Shown here: positions 8,801 through 15,699 of the stretch, piece after piece
How the letters are laid out: each line of letters opens with the position of its first letter
Position numbering within the stretch: the first letter of the stretch is position 1
Virus genome (UHGV): UHGV-1385480
DNA: 30,076 nucleotides
Reading direction: 5' to 3' (one strand)
Source: a virus
Program-made: the position numbers and the translations under genes
Notes under the pieces: generated by a model
Told to the model about the DNA's origin: nothing
What the model saw: only the letters and a program-made list of their open reading frames with translations
Databases searched by the model: none

Positions 8801-9592
8801 ACGTACTTTCAGGAATGAATCAACGTTGATGTTTTCAATTGGTACACTAAGACCATATTTTGTATTTGTCAGATAATGGAAAATCTGGTCCACGCCGTTA
8901 GTGCTAGCCTCAATAGCATTGGTTTCAAGGTTACGAATCTTTAACCCGCAAACGTCTACCGCTACCTGGCTATTTGGTTGGAGAATATCAACACCAGCAG
9001 CAAGAGATTTGTCATCACGACGCAACACAATACACATGGTCGCAATACCATTGCCTTTGTAGTTGTCGTTCCAGTCTGACCCTAAGTGACGTTTTGCCAG
9101 TGACAAAGCGGTGTTAGGATTCTTACCAGTGCGGAACTCAACCTCTAAAACTTTCCGGTATTCTTCTTTAATGTTGCCTTTGTCCAGTACACCATCACGG
9201 ATCGTCATGTTCTTACCAACAAGAACATTTTTGTTATCGATGAATAGTGCTTTGTAATGGTCGATTTCACCCTCTGCAATTGCGAAGATTTGCACTAACT
9301 TATTGTTTTCTTGCTTAGAAATTGCTTTGTAAACGCAGATTGCACCCGTGCGGGTAGTACCGAAAAGAACGGGTAATACTGTCTTCGGATCGTTTGATGT
9401 TCCTAGTGTCACCGCATTATCTGGGCTTTGTACTTTCGGTGTTTTTGGTGCGCCTACAGTGGAAGCGATCAAGGTCATTGCACCAGCAGCCATACCGATA
9501 GCGACTGCGGTCATAACAGAAAATGTTGCAGCAGCAGCCATCCCAGCAGACGCACCAGCAATAACCGCGCCTACCAATATTTCAAATCCCAT
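5816..9592 (-). CDS. central tail fibre / host specificity protein (lambda gpJ-like) with an N-terminal gpI-like segment fused in frame
   Basis: C-terminus ([11 protein letters not shown] ... [12 protein letters not shown] ... VMVTKK) resembles the recalled lambda gpJ C-terminus (HPFDRQIVVLP ... MPAGRGNVILTF ... VMVIKK); N-terminal ~90 aa (Gly/Ala-rich hydrophobic stretch, [14 protein letters not shown]) resembles the recalled C-terminal part of lambda gpI; ATG overlaps the upstream stop (TAATG). Confidence 0.85.
   Translation of the reverse strand: [1258 protein letters not shown]
6425..6600 (-). repeat. tandem ~21-nt (heptapeptide) repeats inside the central fibre gene
   Basis: Protein [48 protein letters not shown]; the DNA shows the matching periodic att-gc...atctt units. 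Confidence 0.5.
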
Positions 9593-10011
9593 TATTCACC
9601 CCCGAATCTATAAACTTGTTCATAGTCAATGTCTGAAACAGGAATGGTCATCCAGATACCATCTTCTTCAACGAGGCCATAACCGGAATAATGAGGAACT
9701 ACGGAATAATAATTACGGTTTCCTAATTTGTGGGCTGTGACCAGTAAGTCGCCGTCCTGTAAATCATCAGTGACTAATTTGAAATGTTTCTTAATTGGTT
9801 GAAGGATGTTTGAATATCCGCTTAATTCTTTGCAGATTTTCAAGCCTTCTTCTTTAGTTGAATATTTTTTATAAAGAGAATTATATAGGTCAGTACCAGC
9901 GAGAATATCGATGATCTTACATGCAATGAGATTGCAATCATTCTCGCCTTGAACGAACTCCTGACCTATTAAAGAATTGATGTAATCGGTGATAAGCCTA
10001 GTTTTTAGCAT
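9592..10011 (-). CDS. minor tail protein, NlpC/P60-like (gpK-like C-terminal domain only)
   Basis: Candidate catalytic Cys in ENDCNLIACK and downstream His residues; position between the L-like and I-J genes; start chosen at ATG 10011 (GGAGGT SD 7 nt upstream) rather than the track start 10167, which has no SD and overlaps the upstream gene. Confidence 0.45.
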   Translation of the reverse strand: MLKTRLITDYINSLIGQEFVQGENDCNLIACKIIDILAGTDLYNSLYKKYSTKEEGLKICKELSGYSNILQPIKKHFKLVTDDLQDGDLLVTAHKLGNRNYYSVVPHYSGYGLVEEDGIWMTIPVSDIDYEQVYRFGGE

Positions 10012-10057
10012 GTTGAATACCTCCATGCTGTTATTTACTAGGCTTAGGGAGAAGGGA

Positions 10058-10711
10058 TTATTTCTTCGATGAATGCCACTTGCTTTCGCTTTGCCACTTC
10101 CCGGCACGGGAGAAGAATAGATCGTTCTCGTTTCCAACATAGGATCGGTGGATACCATCGGAGGCATGACTACGAGCGTTTTTATCTAGAACTTCCCAGA
10201 TACTATTAAGCTGAAATTCTGATTCGTTTTTACACTCATCATCTTCATGTTCGATGTTAATACCGATGGAATCGACTACCCCACGGAAAACAGGGTAAGT
10301 AGTTTCAACCTTGCCCGTGTTGGGGTTAAGGAAAACCATCTCGATTTTCACATCAGATTTATCGAATTGCTTGTTTCGAATCAGGGTAATGTATTCTTCG
10401 CGAACGTTAGAAACAGTTACGTTGATCCCGTTGTTGTTGATCTCCTTCTCTTCGGTATTCGATGAGATTTGAAGAAAATCACCCGTTGCGAGATACGTAA
10501 ATCCGTTATAGTCCAGATCGAAATACCCATCTGTAAGCCGTAGAACGTCCCCTGACGCGGTTACTACTTCGATAATGTGAAACATCGATCCAGTAGAGAA
10601 AAGCTGCGGTAGAGTCAATCTAGACACATTCTGACCTGTCTGGTCGTTGTAGACCTCGATGAAGTCCAGATTAGTGCATAGTTTGCTGAATGATTCCTGA
10701 ATAGTTGCCAT
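10058..10711 (-). CDS. minor tail / tail tip protein (gpL-like by position)
   Basis: Start chosen at ATG 10711 (MATIQ..., GGAGAA SD, TAATG overlap with the upstream stop) rather than the longer track ORF; assignment is mainly by synteny. Confidence 0.4.
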   Translation of the reverse strand: MATIQESFSKLCTNLDFIEVYNDQTGQNVSRLTLPQLFSTGSMFHIIEVVTASGDVLRLTDGYFDLDYNGFTYLATGDFLQISSNTEEKEINNNGINVTVSNVREEYITLIRNKQFDKSDVKIEMVFLNPNTGKVETTYPVFRGVVDSIGINIEHEDDECKNESEFQLNSIWEVLDKNARSHASDGIHRSYVGNENDLFFSRAGKWQSESKWHSSKK

Positions 10712-11271
10712 TATACATTCTCCACTAATTCGAATTTCATCTTGCCAATCTGGGCGATCTTCCAATCGATATTTTCAGTTTTGAGAACAAATTCGCCTTC
10801 TACGTTCTGATACTTGATCACCTCACCAGCCAGGACGTTTTGACGCAAGTTAGGGAAGAGTTTCATTTCACCACCTGATTTCACGTCTTCGGTGATCGTG
10901 TAGATTTTCTTGTGGTTCTCAAACTGGATGATAGTTCCCGCTTTCAGTGTTCCGGTGAAGTTGGAGATTCTCACCTTACGCCCACCGCGAGCAGTACCAG
11001 CAGCAGCCGTAACCATCTGGCGTACATCACCTGTATATTTTGAAAAGTAAGACAGTGGCACACTAAAAGGACGACCAAAAAGGTGACGTGCTACAAATTC
11101 TTTTACTTCGTTAATATCCTGAGCCATGAAATTAGCTGTAAATTCTGCTTCATAAAAATGAATGCCAGTAAAGCGACGCTGGAACTTACCAGAAATAGAT
11201 TGCGCCTTGAAGAAAGGTTGTTTTGATTTAAGAGTAAAATCTGTGATTTTAATATTCTTGGATTTGAACAT
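10711..11271 (-). CDS. minor tail protein (distal tail / gpM-like by position)
   Basis: First gene after the tape measure; 186 aa; assignment by synteny only. Confidence 0.35.
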   Translation of the reverse strand: MFKSKNIKITDFTLKSKQPFFKAQSISGKFQRRFTGIHFYEAEFTANFMAQDINEVKEFVARHLFGRPFSVPLSYFSKYTGDVRQMVTAAAGTARGGRKVRISNFTGTLKAGTIIQFENHKKIYTITEDVKSGGEMKLFPNLRQNVLAGEVIKYQNVEGEFVLKTENIDWKIAQIGKMKFELVENV

Positions 11272-11273
11272 AG

Positions 11274-11319
11274 AAAAGCCCCCATAGTTTTATGATTATT
11301 TATGACTATGGGGGCTTTT
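11274..11319. terminator. bidirectional hairpin terminator between the tape measure gene and the next tail gene
   Basis: 10-bp stem GCCCCCATAG / CTATGGGGGC, 18-nt loop, AAAA and TTTT flanks; the next start codon is 5 nt beyond the stem, so the only SD-like bases (GGGGG) lie inside the stem. Confidence 0.5.
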
Positions 11320-11321
11320 AA

Positions 11322-13754
11322 TTACATCTTACGACGCTGTGCGTCTTCTACCGCCTGAGCAACTAACTTAGCGTGACGTTTGATAGCATCCATAACCATC
11401 TTGTCTGAGCTATTAACGTTGCCGTTAATGTTCAAAGGCGCATTAACTTCAATCGGCTGAGAGTTACCACCGCCTGATTTTTGAGCAGATAAGAAGTCTT
11501 TCAAATCACCGTTAGTACGCTGATCAACTACTCGTTCACCCTTATCAAGCAACCATGTACCCTCACGCGGGATGTTATCGATACCATCATGAGCCATACC
11601 GCTAACATTAGTAGACTTGATGTTTGCAATGTTCCCCATGTTCTGAGAAACAGCCAATGCAGCAGCAGCGATCTTTTGACCTGTGGTTACGTTGGTCGGA
11701 TCGTTCCATGCATCGGTAGCAGCCGTCCACATGTTCACCGTCGCTTGTCCAATTGAGAATGCTTTATGAGCATTGAAAGCCATCTGCATAGCTTTTGTGT
11801 TTTCCTGCCCGAAGAGAGTCATTGCAGCAGCAAAACCGCCGTACATATCATCAGCTATTGACTGACGAGCATCAGCATATTTCTTTTCAATTGCAGCCAT
11901 CCGTTTTTGATGGTTTTCATTGAGTTTTTCTAATGCTTCCATCCGTTTAGCCGGATCATTAATACCGTCAATCTTGAGTTTATCGGTCTTATAATCTTGT
12001 TCAGCATCCGATTTCTCTTTATCGATTGCATTAAATTTAGCAAACGGATTATTTGAGTCTTGATAATCATAACCACTAGTTAATTGATTGGTTTTATAAC
12101 CATCCATTCCCTGTAAAGAATTTTCAATCTGAGAATAGTTTTGCTCGGTATCGTTCACACGACGCATATATTCTTCGTAGGAGATAGCTTTACCATCAAG
12201 TAACCGTTTATGGCTTTCTAGCTCGTTGTCCCTGATTTGTTGCAATTGTGTTAAAGCATTCAGAGCATCAATCGGATCAGCACCCAACATCATTTTATAA
12301 ACGTTTTCAGTATTCTGATCGATTAGCGCCTGGCGTTTCGCGGCTGCGTCTTCCTGAGAGATTAAGCCCAGAGCTAACGCGTCGTTCACATCTTTTAAGC
12401 TGTTTTGCAACTGGCTATTTTGAGAAGTGATAGACGCTGCAACTTGCCCTTGCAATTTAACATCAAGTGCATTCAGTCGCTTGATTGCATCCTCGCGTGC
12501 TTTCTGTGCTTTTTCTGCGGCTTCCTTAGCCTTTTTAGCTGCCTCTTCCGCTTTCTTTTTGGCTTCTTCCTCGGCTTTCTTCTCGTTGCCAGACTTACCC
12601 AATGATTCTGGTCTTACTGGTTTATTTGGTATAGTCAAATCAGTGTTAGGATCTGCCTTGCGTGTCAGATGTTCACCTGCATCTACGACAATCAGAGCAC
12701 CACTTGAAGTTTTATAAGACCCACCAAAACGTTTCTTAAATCCTTCAACATCAAAGCCAGCAGTACGAGGATCGACACCAGCACCACGGATCGCGGCCTT
12801 TTCCCAATCTGCTAGATTATTCCAACGCTTTTCTTTATTGTACTTGTCAATAATCTTTTGAGCGTCTTTATGGTTGGCGTTAAGAATACCACCAGTTGCG
12901 GTCTTGCCTTCTTTATTCAGTCGATCTAATGCCCTGAATAGAGAACTCTTTTCCCAATCAATATTAAACCATTCAAATAACCAGTTTAAGCTATCAACCA
13001 AAGGACCAGTAATGGTCATGGCTGCGCCTTTCAGGTTATTTTCCAGCTTATTAATATTCTGAGAAAATTTATCATATTTTTTAGCGTTTTCTTCGGTGAC
13101 GTTAACAGATTGATTCTGAATAGCGATCATCGCCTCTTGAGCACTATTATATTTCTCAAGCTGGCTGGTCATATGGCTTGAATCACTGGCTAAAGATTCC
13201 ATCATGAACTTGATTTCAGCCATTGATTTTCCGGCTTTCTTCATGTCATAGAACACTTGGATCGCCGCTTTCATACCACCTTGCGGATCTGTCATGAAGT
13301 GAGCATAGTTTTCTAACTTAAGACCAACCGATTCTAAGTCATCAGCAATACCACCACCGTTAGCCCATGCATCACCCATCTTATCTAAGGTGTCTTTGTT
13401 GATATCACCGAATTTTTCAACTGTTAGGCCAGTACCAGAAAATTCCTTTTCTAGTCTTTGAAGGGATTCAATCGAGAGTCCGGTCGCCTTAGATACTTCT
13501 GAATACTGTTTAACGTATTCCGCACCAGCTTTAGCGGCTGCAACCACTGCGGTCGCAACTAAGCCGATACCACCAGCAGCCAAACCAGCAGAGCCAGCGA
13601 TCCCACGAAGAGATCCAGTCAAACCAGACAAGCCACCACCAAAATCAATACCACTTGCCTTTTCAGACAAACTATCGAGAAGGTCGGCGGCTTCACTGGT
13701 ACTTCTCCTTAGACCTTTATTATCCCCTTCTATTGTTACTATATGTTTTGTCAT
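11322..13754 (-). CDS. tail tape measure protein
   Basis: 810 aa; Gly/Ala-rich hydrophobic N-terminal region (GIAGSAGLAAGGIGLVATAVVAAAKAG) and long Ala/Lys/Glu-rich helical regions; sits between the chaperone pair and the distal tail proteins. Confidence 0.8.
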   Translation of the reverse strand: MTKHIVTIEGDNKGLRRSTSEAADLLDSLSEKASGIDFGGGLSGLTGSLRGIAGSAGLAAGGIGLVATAVVAAAKAGAEYVKQYSEVSKATGLSIESLQRLEKEFSGTGLTVEKFGDINKDTLDKMGDAWANGGGIADDLESVGLKLENYAHFMTDPQGGMKAAIQVFYDMKKAGKSMAEIKFMMESLASDSSHMTSQLEKYNSAQEAMIAIQNQSVNVTEENAKKYDKFSQNINKLENNLKGAAMTITGPLVDSLNWLFEWFNIDWEKSSLFRALDRLNKEGKTATGGILNANHKDAQKIIDKYNKEKRWNNLADWEKAAIRGAGVDPRTAGFDVEGFKKRFGGSYKTSSGALIVVDAGEHLTRKADPNTDLTIPNKPVRPESLGKSGNEKKAEEEAKKKAEEAAKKAKEAAEKAQKAREDAIKRLNALDVKLQGQVAASITSQNSQLQNSLKDVNDALALGLISQEDAAAKRQALIDQNTENVYKMMLGADPIDALNALTQLQQIRDNELESHKRLLDGKAISYEEYMRRVNDTEQNYSQIENSLQGMDGYKTNQLTSGYDYQDSNNPFAKFNAIDKEKSDAEQDYKTDKLKIDGINDPAKRMEALEKLNENHQKRMAAIEKKYADARQSIADDMYGGFAAAMTLFGQENTKAMQMAFNAHKAFSIGQATVNMWTAATDAWNDPTNVTTGQKIAAAALAVSQNMGNIANIKSTNVSGMAHDGIDNIPREGTWLLDKGERVVDQRTNGDLKDFLSAQKSGGGNSQPIEVNAPLNINGNVNSSDKMVMDAIKRHAKLVAQAVEDAQRRKM

Positions 13755-13862
13755 AAATTACCCCGTTTGTGCGCTTCTGAGTTTCTCAAGCAAAGATGGA
13801 TCGAACATGCTCAATGTTGCAGCTTTACGTTCTTCTTCTTTCTTGCGTGCAAGTTCTTCCAG

Positions 13863-14108
13863 TTATCCTTGAGTTTTAAAGAGTTTTTCTTCTCTAATTA
13901 ATTGGAATTGGCTAGGCTTGAGTTTCTTTGCAGTTTCACGAGTCATTCCTTGCGACGTCATATACATGGAATATTGCAACATCGCATTCTGCATATCATG
14001 AAACGCGGGGCTTTGTGGTTCTAAGTAGGTGTCGAAAATGTATAATTTCCAAAACAGAGTGATTGGCATATTATCCATTTCATCTTTACTAAGCCCCGAT
14101 CGCATCAT
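13863..14108 (-). CDS. tail assembly chaperone, T-like frame (probably expressed as a frameshift extension of the upstream chaperone)
   Basis: No SD before its ATG ATG; frame is -1 relative to the upstream ORF and is open from just inside that ORF's end; canonical G/GT position before the tape measure gene. Confidence 0.4.
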   Translation of the reverse strand: MMRSGLSKDEMDNMPITLFWKLYIFDTYLEPQSPAFHDMQNAMLQYSMYMTSQGMTRETAKKLKPSQFQLIREEKLFKTQG

Positions 14109-14137
14109 TTGCCGAAAATAGAAATTCAGAAGCGGGT

Positions 14138-14446
14138 TTACTTTACCTCGTTTTCAATTACTGCCGGATCTTGCATCAATGACGCTTGAGCAACCAAACC
14201 GATTAATTCACTGCGGACGTTAGTATACAGTGCCTTAACTTGTTCCATAGATTCAAATACCGGTTTACCGTCTTCATCTTCAATACAACGAAGAATCGAA
14301 CGTTCATCACGGTCTTCTTTATCAGTATTGAAAACATGTTCGTTAAATTCTTTTACTGACATAGGGCGAGCATAGAACGTGAATCCGCCGATGGTCAGAG
14401 ATTCACGTTTCGGAGAAAGAGCTTTCAGCATTTCATTAATATTCAT
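14138..14446 (-). CDS. tail assembly chaperone (gpG-like)
   Basis: 102 aa, acidic; AGAGGA SD; position immediately upstream of the T-frame ORF and the tape measure gene. Confidence 0.5.
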   Translation of the reverse strand: MNINEMLKALSPKRESLTIGGFTFYARPMSVKEFNEHVFNTDKEDRDERSILRCIEDEDGKPVFESMEQVKALYTNVRSELIGLVAQASLMQDPAVIENEVK

Positions 14447-14488
14447 TCTTGTTTCCTCTTAAGTTAATTCGATATGTTTATTTAGAAT

Positions 14489-14995
14489 TTAAGAGATTTT
14501 CAAAGTCTGCTTAGTGCCAGTCTTCTTAATGTTGGTAAGGAAAGCAGCCGGAGGATTGCTTAACCAATAGTAATGAAAACCACTTTGCATACTGTTATAA
14601 GGAACAGTGACAGCAGCACCACCCAAATTAACGGTTATATTCCCCGCTCTACCGTTCTGGAGATATACAGCCATAGTAGGAGTACCGCCATTGAATTGAC
14701 CAACGATAACGCCAACCAGACGCCCTACGCCCACGTTTTCGGGGTTCTCCATAGATCCTTTGCTTTGCATACCGGAAACAGGATAGTTTGAAGCAGTTAC
14801 ACCCCAGTTATTACCCAATGAAGTAGACCACGATGCAGTAGCTACAACCGTATCCATACCACGACCAGCCATTGCCGACATATTACGCGGAGCCGGAACT
14901 TTTAAAGCTGTTAATGCTTCTTTCATCCATCGCTTACCCGTCACCGATACAGCAGATGACCCGATCCAGCCAGGAACTTTAACGACATTTGCCAT
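14489..14995 (-). CDS. hypothetical structural protein (168 aa), Gly/Ala/Ser-rich
   Basis: ATG 14995 with GGAG SD immediately after the tube terminator; no family recognised. Confidence 0.45.
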   Translation of the reverse strand: MANVVKVPGWIGSSAVSVTGKRWMKEALTALKVPAPRNMSAMAGRGMDTVVATASWSTSLGNNWGVTASNYPVSGMQSKGSMENPENVGVGRLVGVIVGQFNGGTPTMAVYLQNGRAGNITVNLGGAAVTVPYNSMQSGFHYYWLSNPPAAFLTNIKKTGTKQTLKIS

Positions 14996-15009
14996 TTTGA
15001 TTACTCCAA

Positions 15010-15038
15010 TAAAAAAGCCCCACCATTAAGGCAGGGCT
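15010..15038 (-). terminator. intrinsic terminator (copy A) after the tail tube gene
   Basis: Minus-strand RNA AGCCCUGCC-UUAAU-GGUGGGGCU followed by UUUUUU; near-identical to the terminator at 20879-20906. Confidence 0.7.
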
Positions 15039-15043
15039 TAAAA

Positions 15044-15169
15044 TTAATTCTTAGCCTTGCGGCCTCGTTTTGCTGTGGCTTTCGCCGTAACTTCTTCTAC
15101 TTCTGGAATCACCACCGCTTCATGTTCCGGCAGTGGTTCCGGTTCTGGTAAAGGAAGTTCTTCGTTAGT
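15044..15169 (-). other. in-frame 41-codon extension downstream of the tail tube TGA (candidate readthrough product)
   Basis: Directly after TGA-A: TNEELPLPEPEPLPEHEAVVIPEVEEVTAKATAKRGRKAKN then TAA; no ATG or SD of its own; homologous to the extension after the capsid gene. Confidence 0.4.
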
Positions 15170-15643
15170 TCATCCGGCAGTGAAGATTTGCTGTTTCAGC
15201 GGAGCACCATCAACAGCAAAGGTAAACTCTTTCGTTACCACTTCTTCATCGCCACCGTTCATAGCAACTTTAGAAATAAAGCCGTTGAAAGCAGTGCGAA
15301 TACCAGTCTGTTTTCCGGCGTCAACATAGTATTCAACTTTGATTTGAATACGCGTACCGTCTTCGGCAGCCTTTATGAGCTTCTCATGTACCGCATCACC
15401 AGGAATGTAGTTAACGGTCAGAGTCAGATCAGGAACGTTCAGTTTACCTACCAGTTTACGGTTATACTGAGAAGAGAAGGATTTAACTTCTACAGTACCG
15501 CGCTCGATACCAGTTTCAGGAAAACCAGCACACTCTTTAATTTCTTCGTATGCTTCATCGGCAAGGTCGGTGTTAGTGGTATCGGCGTGATAGAACAGAC
15601 TTACCAGACCACCAGTAAAAATATCTTTGAATTGCTGAGACAT
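15170..15643 (-). CDS. major tail (tube) protein, putative
   Basis: 157 aa; AAGGGGT SD; followed by a strong terminator, as expected for an abundant structural protein; upstream of the chaperone pair and tape measure gene; ends in TGA rather than the TAA used by other minus-strand genes. Confidence 0.5.
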   Translation of the reverse strand: MSQQFKDIFTGGLVSLFYHADTTNTDLADEAYEEIKECAGFPETGIERGTVEVKSFSSQYNRKLVGKLNVPDLTLTVNYIPGDAVHEKLIKAAEDGTRIQIKVEYYVDAGKQTGIRTAFNGFISKVAMNGGDEEVVTKEFTFAVDGAPLKQQIFTAG

Positions 15644-15699
15644 AGAATTACCCCTTAATTAAAATTGTTATTACGGGGGAACTAGTCCCCCGACTTTTA

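Noticed and set aside
3882-9740. Plus-strand ORFs inside the lysis and central-fibre genes (3882-4085, 4704-4949, 5289-5510, 6119-6400, 6725-6988, 7730-7957, 8583-8876, 9348-9740, 9428-9613) and minus-strand 8350-8589
   Set aside because: Antisense or out-of-frame to long, well-supported minus-strand genes; 5289-5510 overlaps the 56-aa membrane ORF and the coiled-coil membrane gene.
10012-10167. Longer N-terminal extension of the NlpC/P60-like gene (track start 10167)
   Set aside because: The upstream ATGs have no SD and the extension overlaps the preceding gene; ATG 10011 has a GGAGGT SD at ideal spacing.
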